In this document: positions 9,915 to 20,558 of the stretch, in pieces
How positions within the stretch are numbered: the stretch's first letter is position 1
Layout: each line of letters begins with the position of its first letter
Assembly (NCBI GenBank): GCA_943788985.1
Contig: CALSSJ010000037.1
Location: forward strand, 1 to 40,376
Direction of reading: 5' to 3'
From: an uncultured Lentisphaerales bacterium
GTDB taxonomy: Bacteria > Verrucomicrobiota > Lentisphaeria > JABSQK01 > UBA12247
Length of the DNA: 40,376 bases
Translations under genes and position numbers: made by a program
The notes under the pieces: model-generated
Told to the model about the DNA's origin: nothing
The model's database searches: none
The model's input: the letters and a program-made list of their open reading frames with translations, nothing else

Positions 9915-12514
9915 TCTTCCTTTTCTCCGGGTAAACGAGCACCCCAGCGCCCGATAACTTCGCTGGTCACGCCCGCTGTCACGAGAATACCGGCGCTTAG
10001 CGCTAACAGCCCACCCACGGGAATGGCATAGGCAAGCGTCCAGCCGAATGATTGTTTGTTGATGACAAATATCAGCAGATAGCCCAGCAGTAGGCTCAGA
10101 CACAGCCCGCCGACCAGCCCACACACCGCCATCACAAGCCCCTCAGCCCGCAGGCTGGCAGCCAGCTCTTGTCCCCGAAACCCCAATTCCCGCAGCGTAA
10201 ACAGCTCACGTCGCCGCTCAAGCAGCAGACTGACCAAAGCAAGCCCCAAGCCCGTTATCGCCACAAAGATACCGATTGCCTTCAGCGCATAGGTCACGGA
10301 AAAGGTTTGAGCAAAGATTCGCAGGACCTCCTCCCGCAGTTCGCGATTGCTGCGCACGGCAAGCGCCGGGTATTCCCGGCCCCACTCGGCCACCACCGCC
10401 TCAACGTCGACGCCAGGCTTCAGCCGCGCTGCAAAATTCAGCGCCCGCCGATCCCCGGTCCATTGCGCCACCGTCTCACCATCCGCAAAGATTGCACCGC
10501 GCTCGTTGCCATAGTCGGCAAACACCCCCTCGATTTCCAACGGCCGCTCCGCTCTGCCTACTTGGATGCTGAGGGTGTCACCCCGCCTCACGCCATAGCG
10601 ATTCGAAAAGCTCTCGCTCACCAGCACCGGCGTGGCGCGCCCACCCGCCCGAGACTGGCCCGGCGGCTCCTCGACCCAGACCAAGTTGTCGCGAAAGTAG
10701 CTGCTCTCTGTCCGCAGCCCCACAAGAACGCTCGCTTTCCCGCGAATGGTGATCGGCGATATGTGGCCGACATCCGCAGACTCCACGCTCGGATCGGCCC
10801 GCAGCGCCTGCCAGGTGGCCTCGCTGATCTTGTTCTTGTTCGACGCGTTTTCGACACCGCGCACCGCCACGTAGACATCCGCCTGCAGGTTTTGGCCGAT
10901 CCAGGACGTTACCGTGCGTTCGAAGGAATGAATCAGGATGTCCATGCCCGCGGCCATGCCAACGGCGACCACCAGACCGGCGGTCGTCAGCTTGTGGCGT
11001 CCGGTGGGCTCCCGGAAGCGGCTGACCGCCACCCGGCCGGCCGCGGAACGCTGCGACCAGGGCTGAAACACCGCGGGTACAAAATAAAATAGCAAGGCGC
11101 TAAGAATTGCCACGCCACAAAGCCAGCAGATGGCCGCTAGGTATCCGCCAAGCGGAAAGTTGATACCAGATGCCAACGCGATTGGCGGCAGCTGCGAAAA
11201 GACGCCGCCAAGCAACAGCAAGCCCAGCCCCCAGCCAGGATGGTCGAGCAACTTGATCCCCGGACTCCGCGCCCCTTGTCGCATCGTCTGCGCGGGCTTG
11301 CTGCGCGCCGCATCCCGCGCCGGCAGAAATCCAGCTGCCAGACAGGCGCTGAGCCCGATAGCGAATGCAAAAGCTGCTTCACCATGATGCCAGGCGGCGG
11401 CAGTGGCGGTGGTGGTGACATAAAGCGCGTTCACCGTCTGGGCGATGGCGCGGACCGTCAGTTGGGCCATACCCCAGCCCAATAACAGGCCCATCCCGCT
11501 GCCGACGATCCCCAATGCGGCACTTTCCAGCCACCAGGCCCGCTCGATGCTCCGAGGCTCAACTCCCAAGGACAGGAGCACGCCGATTTCGTCCCGGCGC
11601 TTCACCACCGCTGCCTCCATCGCCTGCAGAATCAGATAGAGGCCGACGACCACAGACAGGGCGGAGAGAATCGTCAGATTCATCTCGAAGGCTGCACTCA
11701 TGGTCGCGGCCGACCGCCTTGCCTCGCCGCCCGCATGAATCTGCCATCCGTCTGCCTCAAGCGCCTTCAGGCGCTGCGGAATCGCCGCCAAGATTGCCCC
11801 CTGCGCCTCGCCTTCCGGCACTACCAGCTCCACTCGGTCGACTTCCTTAGGGGTGCCCATCAAGGCCTGCAGCGCCGGCAGATCCATGATGATCAGCGGG
11901 CGGTTCTCACCCGCTTGCAGCTCGCCGGGATCGACCACGCCCCGAATCTTCAAAGCGACCGGACGATCCCCAAGAATCACGGAAAACTGGTCACCCACGC
12001 CCAGCTTCCGGCTCTCCGCCAGAGCGCGAGTGATGTAGGCATCTTCGCTAACGCCGAGATTAGCGCCCCTCGGTGACGCCTGCGCAGGGCTGATCGGCGA
12101 AGCAGTGCCTCGGGCGTAGAACAGATTTTGCACCGCGATCAGATCGATGCCGACCACCGTCAGTTGGGCCGCACTGAGTGCGCCAGCATCGCTGCTGTCA
12201 GTCAGCGATGCCGTCCCTTCAAGGACCGGCAGCAGATGCACCGGCAGGTCGCCGAGCGCGGCGCGCAGGCGCGGTAAGTCGGCAACCGCTACTGGTCCGA
12301 AGGCCGTATTGATCGTGAAATCGGGCTCCCCCGACACCACATTCGTGAACAGGCTGAAGCCGCTGACCGCAGCCCGATTGGCCAGACGCACCGAGAAGAA
12401 TACGGCCACGCCGAGCGCGACGATGGCCAACAACGCAGATGTGGCGATGGGTGAACGACGGGCATGGCGCAGCGAGAAACGCCGGAAATAGAGGCGGTAA
12501 AAACCCCGGGTCAC
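9911..12514 (-). CDS. ABC transporter permease, duplicated FtsX/MacB-type (AttF/G-like)
   Basis: 867 aa with two FtsX-type halves (IVALGVAVFFSV..., KRRDEIGVLLSLG, ERRRELFTLRELG, VINKQSFGWT). Confidence 0.92.
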   Translation of the reverse strand: MTRGFYRLYFRRFSLRHARRSPIATSALLAIVALGVAVFFSVRLANRAAVSGFSLFTNVVSGEPDFTINTAFGPVAVADLPRLRAALGDLPVHLLPVLEGTASLTDSSDAGALSAAQLTVVGIDLIAVQNLFYARGTASPISPAQASPRGANLGVSEDAYITRALAESRKLGVGDQFSVILGDRPVALKIRGVVDPGELQAGENRPLIIMDLPALQALMGTPKEVDRVELVVPEGEAQGAILAAIPQRLKALEADGWQIHAGGEARRSAATMSAAFEMNLTILSALSVVVGLYLILQAMEAAVVKRRDEIGVLLSLGVEPRSIERAWWLESAALGIVGSGMGLLLGWGMAQLTVRAIAQTVNALYVTTTATAAAWHHGEAAFAFAIGLSACLAAGFLPARDAARSKPAQTMRQGARSPGIKLLDHPGWGLGLLLLGGVFSQLPPIALASGINFPLGGYLAAICWLCGVAILSALLFYFVPAVFQPWSQRSAAGRVAVSRFREPTGRHKLTTAGLVVAVGMAAGMDILIHSFERTVTSWIGQNLQADVYVAVRGVENASNKNKISEATWQALRADPSVESADVGHISPITIRGKASVLVGLRTESSYFRDNLVWVEEPPGQSRAGGRATPVLVSESFSNRYGVRRGDTLSIQVGRAERPLEIEGVFADYGNERGAIFADGETVAQWTGDRRALNFAARLKPGVDVEAVVAEWGREYPALAVRSNRELREEVLRIFAQTFSVTYALKAIGIFVAITGLGLALVSLLLERRRELFTLRELGFRGQELAASLRAEGLVMAVCGLVGGLCLSLLLGYLLIFVINKQSFGWTLAYAIPVGGLLALSAGILVTAGVTSEVIGRWGARLPGEKEE

Positions 12515-13179
12515 CGCAGCTGCCCGTCAAGCAGATGTAGCGTCCGGTGACAAATCTGCGCCGCGTCCATGCTGTGGGTCACCATCAGCATGGCGGTGCC
12601 CTCGAGCTCTGTCAAGCTCGCCAACAACTCCAGAATAGCCGCCCCCGTCGCGGAGTCTAAATTGCCGGTTGGCTCGTCCGCCAGCAAGATGCGTGGCCGA
12701 TGCACCAGGGCGCGGGCAATGGCCACCCGCTGCCGCTCACCGCCGCTGAGCGTTTCGGGGAATGCCTCGCTCCGATGCGAGAGCTGGACGGCCTCGACCA
12801 GCTCGCACACCCGCTCTCGTCGCGTCACCGGGGCGACCCCCGCCAGTTGCAGACTGAGTTCGATGTTCTCGAACACGGTCAGCGTGGGCAGAAGGTGGAA
12901 AAACTGAAAGACCGTACTGACTACGCCGCGCCGCATCTCGGCCAGTTCGGCTCCACTCATGCCCGCTAGTTCATGCCCGCCGATCTCGATCTGGCCAGCG
13001 TCCAACGAGTCGATACCGGACAGGCAGTTGAGTAGGGTCGACTTGCCAGACCCGGAGGGCCCCATCAGCGCGACGCGCTCCCCTCCGCCAACCGTGAAGC
13101 TCAAGCCCCTCAGAACAGGCTGGTCCCCGAACGATTTTGAGACATTGCTGACCCGGCAGGCGGGAATTTGGTGGCCCAT
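12511..13179 (-). CDS. ABC transporter ATP-binding protein (LolD/MacB type)
   Basis: GPSGSGKST, FQFFHL, LSGGERQRVAIARAL, LADEPTGNLD and VTH motifs; 4-nt overlap with the permease. Confidence 0.96.
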   Translation of the reverse strand: MGHQIPACRVSNVSKSFGDQPVLRGLSFTVGGGERVALMGPSGSGKSTLLNCLSGIDSLDAGQIEIGGHELAGMSGAELAEMRRGVVSTVFQFFHLLPTLTVFENIELSLQLAGVAPVTRRERVCELVEAVQLSHRSEAFPETLSGGERQRVAIARALVHRPRILLADEPTGNLDSATGAAILELLASLTELEGTAMLMVTHSMDAAQICHRTLHLLDGQLR

Positions 13180-13506
13180 AAAAAGACGCCTGATTTGCGG
13201 TGAGTGGCGGGTTGAGGGTGGCCGCGCGGCCCAGAGGCGCCGAGCGCTATAGAAAGGGTCGTAGCGAATGGTGGAACCTTACACGCCCATCCGACGGCCG
13301 CACCCCTTGGGGCTTGCCATTAAAAAGTTGCCTTCTCCGGACTCCATACCGAGTCAGGGAGCCACCCCGCTGTTGTTCACTCGCCGCTTCCCTTGGTCAC
13401 TGCCGTCGCCAACTACGGCCTCTGCCCACGCGTTCCGGCTTTGCCAATGTCACACCAGGAGATCACCTTTGTAAGGTTTCGCTCCGCCGGCCGACCTCTC
13501 GTCGTT

Positions 13507-14010
13507 ATGGCAACTCTCAAACCAAAGTCTCGGAAGGCACTCGTGTGCATCGGCCTGCTCGCCGTGATCGTGCTGGCTTTCGCCGGTCTCTCCGCATTCT
13601 CGCGAGGCAAGCCGCCCACCGGCCTAGCCGGCGATGGCCGTTTGTCTCCTTGCCCGGACAGCCCCAACTGTGTCTGCAGTGAAGCCGACAGCCTGCCTTC
13701 ATCCATCGCCCCTCTGGCCTTCACGGGCTCGCCCGACACGGCCCGCGCGGATCTACTGCGAGCGATCGCGGCAAGCGGTGGGACCGTGCAGACCCAGGAC
13801 GGCGACTACATCTCCGCGACATATCGCACCGCGGTCTTCCGCTTCATCGACGATCTTGAATGTCGCATCGATACCGCATCCAAGCTCATTCACGTCCGCT
13901 CCGCCTCCCGCGTCGGGCGCTCCGACCTGGGCGTCAATCGCCGCCGCGCCGCGCGTCTCCGCGCAGCGTTCGTTGCCCAGCAGAGTACTGCATCGCGGGT
14001 GTCGAAATGA
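13507..14010 (+). CDS. DUF1499 family protein
   Basis: N-terminal TM helix, CPDSPNCVCS, FIDDLE and IHVRSASRVGRSDLGVNRRR motifs; ATG at 13507. Confidence 0.9.
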   Translation: MATLKPKSRKALVCIGLLAVIVLAFAGLSAFSRGKPPTGLAGDGRLSPCPDSPNCVCSEADSLPSSIAPLAFTGSPDTARADLLRAIAASGGTVQTQDGDYISATYRTAVFRFIDDLECRIDTASKLIHVRSASRVGRSDLGVNRRRAARLRAAFVAQQSTASRVSK

Positions 14011-14159
14011 CTGCAGTGCCAGCTGCGTCGCCTACGCGGCCAATTGTCCGACTCGTAAGAGGCACAAGGCTGTAGCTCGGTAACGCTGTCGCGTAAAGTC
14101 GCGACATTCAGGCCAGATAAGCGGCTTGCTTGCAAGCTTCAGCAGGACCTCGCTCTGCT

Positions 14160-15265
14160 AGTGGGACAGACCGGCCGGATTAGGACTCACTCCGCAATCA
14201 AGGGCCGACAGTTGGTTCAGAATCTCGGCTATCCCTGGGTGAGAAGTGGTGCCGCCAAACGGAGCCTTTCGGGCGCGCATCGCCCGCAAAGCCAGTCAAG
14301 GGCTCAAGACTGTTGCAGAGATTGCTGGCGACAACGAAATCCATGTGTCCCAGGTCTCGGCGTGGAAGGAGGAACTCGAAGCCAATATGGCACTGCTGTT
14401 CGAGAGAACCAACGCCGTTGACGATGCGCGAGACTCTCTCGAGAAGAAGTGCGCTATCCTTGAGCGCAAGGTTGGCCAACTCGTCATCGAGAAGGAGTAT
14501 CTTGAAAAAAGTGCGAGCAGCTGGGGATCAATCGAAACCGCCTTCAGGGCCTTGAGCCAGCAGCCGATGCCGAAGACCAGAAGATTATGGCGCTGCTGGG
14601 TAGCATTTATGTGCGTGAGCCGACGCTTGGCCCCGGCGGTTGAACGCGGTTCTGCGCCGCGATCACGGTTATAGCTTGGGACGCCGACGCTTACGTCGGC
14701 TGATGAGAGCTGCAAGGATCCGCGTCAGCTACCGCCGCCCGCGCACCAGTATACCAGCTGTCGGGCACAAGATTTATCCGTACCTTCTTTGCGGCCTGGA
14801 TATCACCTATATCCCGATGGCCCGCGGCTTTTGCTATCTGGCATGCGTCATGGACTGGCATACGCGTGAAGCCTTAGGGTGGACAGATACATTGACAATG
14901 GCCCTGGCCACTGGAAAGACGCGGGCGTTCTTGTCAGCATGGCTGGGAACGGTACGCTGGATCGACAATTTCCGCATCGAAAGGCTTTGGCGCACTGCCA
15001 AGTATGAAGACGTCTACCTCAAGGCGTACGCCACACCGCGTGAATTGGGCATAGGCCTCGCAGACTGGTAACACCACCCGCCCGGATCCTGCACTAGACT
15101 ATCGAAAACCGAGGCAATTTCACGCTGAGGAAGCAGCATGACCACTTTGCGCTGGCCACGGCCTTCGGCCGCCATGGGGCTTCGCCCCAAACCCCAAGGT
15201 TTTCAAGGCATGGCGGCAAATCTTCAATGCTGTCAGCTTGGGAGAAAAGTGGGGGAGTCTCGCGA
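14160..15265 (+). mobile_element. Degenerate IS3-family element (orfA/orfB pseudogene; ends approximate)
   Basis: OrfA-like KTVAEIA..EIHVSQVSAWK..LERKVGQLVIEKEYL and an A6G run at 14505-14511. OrfB-like RRLRRLMR..YRRPRTS..HKIYPYLL, DITYIPMARGFCYL..MDW and DN.RIERLWRTAKYE, with internal deletions and frameshifts. Confidence 0.88.
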
Positions 15266-15546
15266 CTCCCTCACGGTGCCGACATTGCGTCATTACCGCT
15301 CCGGCTATTCCTCGGCGAGGGTAGGGCTCCTGGCTGTCCGGCCTTCGCTGATTTTCCCTTCTTATACCAGCGGTGGCGCACAGGAGGGCGCTGCTGCTTT
15401 GACGCGGGGATCCATAGCTGCGGTGTAGAGTATGATCAGGTGCCACCAGCAGCGTTGCTTCATTCCATTTCGGCTCATGCTAATAACACACGGCGGCAGG
15501 GGCTGCCGCCGTCACCGAACAGGGCCACTGCCAAAACGGGACATCG

Positions 15547-18500
15547 TTATTCTACCACCATGATGCCCCGCATGATCCGCCAGTGGCCCGGAAAGGTGCA
15601 GATGTAGGGGTAATCGCCGGGCAGGGACGGCACAATGAACTCTTTCTCTTCCTTCTCTCCATGAGGGACCAGCCCTGTGGCGAAGAGGATGAGATCGCTG
15701 TCCGGCACGTAGTGTTTCTCCATCGCATCGGGATTGGCAGCCATGGCATCAGCCAGGGCACCGACTGCAGCAGCTTTCCCCGGTTTGGTGATCACAAGGT
15801 TATGCTGCATGTGATCCGGGTTCTCAAAGACGAAGGTGTAGGTTCGTCCGGCTTTTACCGTGAACCTTGTCACATTATAGACCATCTGCGATGGAACCGC
15901 TTTGATGTAAATGCGAGAATCTGTGACGGTCGCAAATGCGTCTTCATAGGTCTTTTCCCAGGCTGTATGCTCAGCCTGGTCTTTGGCGAAGGTGACCCGC
16001 TCTGGTTTTCCACCGATTGGATTGGCAAGGTAGAGATCCAGCCGTCCCTCCGTGGGCTGGCCTCTATCCGCGGACTCGAACGCGATCTTGTTCACCCCAG
16101 GGACGAGAGTCAAATTGACCTGGCCATCTTTGGAATGCTTGCTTCCTGTCGCAATGAGTTCTGGAATCCCGTTGACGGTAAAGTTGATATAGGGATTGCC
16201 CCGATATCCGAGGATGACTTGCTGGGCTTCATCACTCTTGATCCACAGGGTCCCGGCCGTCTGCGAACTCATCTTCCAACCGGAAAGCGTGGCATCCTTC
16301 GAAACTGCAAGCAGTGGATACTCCGGGCTGATAGATGGAGACTCGTAGTGCGCAGCAAGGGCAAGCATCTTGCCAATCGGTGACTCCTTGTCCCCCTCAA
16401 TGTCCTTGACCAGGTCCCACCAGGCAGAATCCGTGCGCCGAAGATGACTGGCTGCAGAAATTAAGGAAATTTTGGTTCGCGCATCTCCGCTGTTGAGTAA
16501 CTCGGCAGCGATGGCTAGCGCTTCAGCTTGAAGGCTCGGCGCCCACCACCGGAGGGAGCGAGCAGCGGCTCTGCGGACGACCACGTTCGGGGAACGTGCC
16601 ACTCTGCGGAAAAGATCCAGCTGCGAGAAGTCCTTTGTGCGCTCGAATAACCACAAGAGTTCGAGGCCCAACTCCATGGATATCTGTGATTGCGCGATTC
16701 GTGACTTTGCGTACGCGACAACCGCTGCAGTGGGATGTTTCTCCAACTCGAGTCGGACCAACTCCCGGACCTTGGCCTGTGGATGAGTGAGATGAGCGAA
16801 CAAAGCAGGGATCTTGGCGCCAGCGATCTTGGGAGGCTTGGCGAGAGGCGCGCCCTTTCGGGTGATGCGCCAAATGCGGCCATTGGTGTAGTCGCGGTTC
16901 GGATCACGAATCGAATGTTGAGCGTGACCGATGATGGGATAGTAAAAGTCGGAAATGTACAGCGCGCCATCGAGCCCGAATTCTAAGTCGGTAGGGCGGA
17001 AGGATTTGTTCTTCGAAGAGATAAGATTTAATGACGTGTCCGCTTTTTCCCAAACCCCGGCGTTAAGCTTTAGTGGGGTGTAAAGAACGGCATTCTTGGC
17101 GAGCAAATGCCCGGTTACAACTCCGCCCTGCCACGCCTCAGGGAAATGCGGGCTGGATACGTAAGCGATGGTGCAGCCCTTGTCGTCGCGGAAAGGCATG
17201 CCCATTGTTGAGGAACTGGAGACGCCAACAGGCGTCCAGACGTCGTAGAAGTTGCAATCAATGATCTGCCCACCGCCAAACATCTGGATGGAATCACCGG
17301 AGTTGTTGTAGGAGATCTTCCACGGGTTGGGATGCGTGGGTTGGCGTTCGATGGATAGCTCTCGCGTGCTCGGATCAAGGTAAACGGTCGCAGCGTTTTT
17401 GGTGCGAACTGGGCCGTAGGGCGTCTCGAACTGGCCCCGATGAAACAAGGCTTCATTGAGGATGATGTGCCCCTGTGGGCTGCGGGCCAGATAGCCCCCA
17501 TGGTGGGTGTCGGTATCGTCGGCGCCGCGCAGCCATTCTTCACGAAGGTCTGCGATATCATCACCATCGGTGTCGCGCAGCCAGACTAACTTTCGAGCGA
17601 CTGAAACGATGATGCCGTCTTTATACAGGACGAAGCCGTCGGGCAGTTTGAGATGGTCTGCGAAGACCGTTCGGGTATCGGCTTTTCCATCGCCATCGGT
17701 ATCTTCGAAAATCAATATCTTGTCGTCCGAGAGGGTGCCGGGAACCGGGACCGGATAACTCTCAAAGCAGCAAACCCAGAGCCGACCGCGGCCATCGAAT
17801 TGCATCTGCAACGGGTTGATGAGTTCAGGAAATTCTTCGCTCGAGGCAAAAAGATTGACCTCGTAGCCATCAGCCACAGTGAACTCGGCAAGATCCTGCG
17901 GGGAGGGGTTGATGACGCCGAGCCCTTTCCTCGGACGCTTGGCAGGGGGCTTCGCGCCTACCGCGGCTAGCTTTGGGAAGGGCTGAGCGGTGGCGAGATC
18001 TTGCGCCTGCACCCAGATCGACTCGTCGAGTTGGGTCGCTAGATTTAAGTGATGAGGGATCTCACTCGCGAATTCATACTCACGCTTCCGCAATCCATAG
18101 TAGTGAATCCCGTTGGCAGGTTTGTAGGCCATCGCCATTTCATACGCTTTGCGGGATGCCATTTTCTTCAGCATGGCAAAGCCAGGCAAAGCGGTATCCA
18201 CGGCCTTGACCTTGTCTGCGGAGGCAAGCGCTCCCGCAAGAACCATAGCGATAGCCTCGTTGCCAGCTTGGTTCAGGTGCAGGCTGTTACTAGTGAGGGG
18301 GGCCTTGCTTTCTGCGTGCAAGGTAAGGCTGGGAGCGAACAGATCGACGTAACCCACTCCCTGCTGCTGGGCGACGGCCTCCATGGCTTGGCAATAGCTG
18401 GCAATGTCTGCATTTCGCGTGCGAACATCGGGGTAGACCCCCGTGTCAGATTCTGCCACGGCGGTTGGTGAGACAAGGATAAACTCGCTTCGGGGGTGGC

Positions 18501-19776
18501 GGCCCTTGATCATTGTGACGTACGCCTCCAGGCTTTTGGAAAAGCCGGCGAGCCCTTCGCCGCCGGAAAACGCCTCGTTCATGCCGAAAGCCATCACAAC
18601 CCGGTCTCCGCGTAACTGGTTGGAGATATAGCCAAGGTGAGCACCAAACTTGGCTGGCCGGATCCGGAATCCGACTTCATCGCCGGTATAAGCAAGCGAA
18701 CGAAACTGCTGGCGTTTCTCGGGACTTGCTGCGTGAAGCAGCGCCTCCAGCGTGCCGTCTTCCTGCAGGCGCTCGATGAAGCTGTTCCCATAGAAGAGCG
18801 TAAGACCCGACGAATTAACTGGGGCGAGCAGAGCCTTAGGCCCGATCGGCCCTGGCGCAGTTTTCTTGGCGGGCTTCGCCTTCTTGTCACTGCGATCCCT
18901 TTTTTTAGGTTTGGCCTTTTTCGGAGTCGCTTTGGCCGGGGTAAAAGTCTGCACGTTTACATTCTTCCCGGGAACCGGCTTCCCTGCAGCCCAACATACG
19001 CCATTGACCATGACGCGCATTGACTGCGGAACTGTGAAGTCGCCGACATGGCCAAGTGAGGTTGAAAACGTGCGTCCTCCCCATTTATTGCGCCAGGTCC
19101 AAGCAATCGTATCGGTCATGACGGCTTTCAAATCGAAAGAGCCAAAGCTGGTCTTCTTTATCCCGGGCTTCCTCGGTTTTCCTGTCCCACGGAGTAACGG
19201 TTCGACCCCTGGCTCCAGCGCTGTGAGGTATAACGTTCCGGGCGATTGCCACGTAGCCGACGGATCTACTCCGGTTAGGATGGGATGCGTAGCTGCGCCT
19301 TCTGCTAGCTCTACGGAGGTTTTCCCCACGAGGTGAACTTGATACGGTGTGCCAAGGGCATCTTTCCCGAAAGATAAGTTCAGGCCATGATGCGCGTGCC
19401 CAGTTGGATAGTTGAACCCATGGGTGCTTGTCCGGAGCCCCACGACCGGCTTGCCGGATTCCAAGTAGCTGGTGATATGTGCTAGCTGCTCGTCACTAAG
19501 CTTCAAGAACCGGATGAAAAATATAGCGACATCCGCTTCGGCTAGCGCTTCCAAGCCCGGCAACCCACGTTTGCCTTTTTCCGGGTCCCAATCCGGATTG
19601 ATCAGGGTCGTCCTGAATCCGAGCCTCGTCAGCTCATTCGCAAACTGGGGCATCGTCTTTTGAGGAGAATAATGATGGGTGCCCACTACGATTACAGCGT
19701 GAGGCTTCTCGGCAGCTTGCGCACAAGCGATAGAGATGACAAGGAGTAAAGATATGAGTATTTTTTTCATAGTCAT
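15547..19776 (-). CDS. Secreted multidomain protein: ThuA-like, SGNH/GDSL-like, PVC-type dehydrogenase beta-propeller, HEAT-like repeats, C-terminal azurin/cupredoxin
   Basis: ThuA-like GKPVVGLRTSTHGF/GRTFSTSLGH; SGNH-like GNSFIERLQ, FGMNE, SLHLN; propeller GYEVNLFAS..INPLQMQFDGRGRLWV, DTDGDGKAD, FRPTDLEFGLDGALYISDFY, GRIWRI; type-1 copper ligands HN...CTFPGH..M. Confidence 0.85.
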   Translation of the reverse strand: MTMKKILISLLLVISIACAQAAEKPHAVIVVGTHHYSPQKTMPQFANELTRLGFRTTLINPDWDPEKGKRGLPGLEALAEADVAIFFIRFLKLSDEQLAHITSYLESGKPVVGLRTSTHGFNYPTGHAHHGLNLSFGKDALGTPYQVHLVGKTSVELAEGAATHPILTGVDPSATWQSPGTLYLTALEPGVEPLLRGTGKPRKPGIKKTSFGSFDLKAVMTDTIAWTWRNKWGGRTFSTSLGHVGDFTVPQSMRVMVNGVCWAAGKPVPGKNVNVQTFTPAKATPKKAKPKKRDRSDKKAKPAKKTAPGPIGPKALLAPVNSSGLTLFYGNSFIERLQEDGTLEALLHAASPEKRQQFRSLAYTGDEVGFRIRPAKFGAHLGYISNQLRGDRVVMAFGMNEAFSGGEGLAGFSKSLEAYVTMIKGRHPRSEFILVSPTAVAESDTGVYPDVRTRNADIASYCQAMEAVAQQQGVGYVDLFAPSLTLHAESKAPLTSNSLHLNQAGNEAIAMVLAGALASADKVKAVDTALPGFAMLKKMASRKAYEMAMAYKPANGIHYYGLRKREYEFASEIPHHLNLATQLDESIWVQAQDLATAQPFPKLAAVGAKPPAKRPRKGLGVINPSPQDLAEFTVADGYEVNLFASSEEFPELINPLQMQFDGRGRLWVCCFESYPVPVPGTLSDDKILIFEDTDGDGKADTRTVFADHLKLPDGFVLYKDGIIVSVARKLVWLRDTDGDDIADLREEWLRGADDTDTHHGGYLARSPQGHIILNEALFHRGQFETPYGPVRTKNAATVYLDPSTRELSIERQPTHPNPWKISYNNSGDSIQMFGGGQIIDCNFYDVWTPVGVSSSSTMGMPFRDDKGCTIAYVSSPHFPEAWQGGVVTGHLLAKNAVLYTPLKLNAGVWEKADTSLNLISSKNKSFRPTDLEFGLDGALYISDFYYPIIGHAQHSIRDPNRDYTNGRIWRITRKGAPLAKPPKIAGAKIPALFAHLTHPQAKVRELVRLELEKHPTAAVVAYAKSRIAQSQISMELGLELLWLFERTKDFSQLDLFRRVARSPNVVVRRAAARSLRWWAPSLQAEALAIAAELLNSGDARTKISLISAASHLRRTDSAWWDLVKDIEGDKESPIGKMLALAAHYESPSISPEYPLLAVSKDATLSGWKMSSQTAGTLWIKSDEAQQVILGYRGNPYINFTVNGIPELIATGSKHSKDGQVNLTLVPGVNKIAFESADRGQPTEGRLDLYLANPIGGKPERVTFAKDQAEHTAWEKTYEDAFATVTDSRIYIKAVPSQMVYNVTRFTVKAGRTYTFVFENPDHMQHNLVITKPGKAAAVGALADAMAANPDAMEKHYVPDSDLILFATGLVPHGEKEEKEFIVPSLPGDYPYICTFPGHWRIMRGIMVVE

Positions 19777-19859
19777 GTGGAGTTCTTTTTTTTTGGGAGG
19801 GGGAAGAGCGCGACCGAGAATATGTGCTCATCGTGCGTGGGGCCAAGTCAGCGATTGCT

Positions 19860-20300
19860 ATTTAGCGTGAGAGAGTTCTTTGCTCAAGCTGCCTGTGGAG
19901 AGTCGACGTGGAAAGTGCCGCCTTTTACGGCTCGGGTGGTGGCAGCCTTACGTGTGCATTTTGCTCAGGCCAAGTCGACTTCGAAGCCTTCGCGCGCGCG
20001 GGGACCGTTGATTCTTCCATTCGGTCAGACGGAGGGCAGGGCAGGGAGCAGATGGAGTCCGTACGGTGCCTCGGCCAGCGTCACTTCCGGTACACCCGGC
20101 ACGAACTACTCTGGGTTCTTGGCGTCCTGCCGGTAGGCGACGTAGGCCGCTTCTTCGATGCTTTTCGCGTCGGGATTCACACTACGCAGATGGCTTTGCA
20201 ACAATATCTCGCAAACGCCCGCTATACCGCCGAAGTTGCCATCGATCTGGAAGGGCGGATGAAAGTCGAACAGGTTGAGATATGCTCGCTTGCCGTTCAT
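19860..20300 (-). pseudogene. 3' remnant of a GH95 alpha-1,2-L-fucosidase
   Basis: [31 protein letters not shown], then HLLPALPSV*PNGRING and (shifted frame) RAREGFEVDLA*. In-frame stops and a frameshift; no 5' part. Confidence 0.88.
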
Positions 20301-20558
20301 TCATATCGTGATGTCATGGAGCATCAGATGTTACTGAGCGATCGATCCGGAGAAAATCGCGCCGAGGCGTCCGCCACCCAGCGGAAGCGCCTTCTTCTTC
20401 TCTCTTGTTTTGGGCGGTGCTTCTGCAGGATTAGCGTATTGCAGCACATAGCGTTCATTGGCTCCGGCCAGCACTGCGCCGATCAAGGAGAGGTGGATTC
20501 GTTTCTTCTTAATTCAGAAAAGTCCTGATATCTGGGCCGGGGCTGATTTTGCGGAACC

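Noticed and set aside
13200..13500. Possible cobalamin riboswitch in the ABC/DUF1499 intergenic region
   Set aside because: There is only a vague AGTCAG-like match; the conserved core elements were not found.
19786..19794. T9 run just upstream of the 1409-aa gene as a phase-variation tract
   Set aside because: It is short and non-coding, with no evidence of length variation from a single sequence.
19960..20110. TGA at two conserved Trp positions of the GH95 fragment, suggesting UGA recoding
   Set aside because: The same fragment has a TAG and a frameshift. Intact genes use TGG for Trp and several end in TGA with ATGA/GTGA coupling. This is simple TGG>TGA decay.
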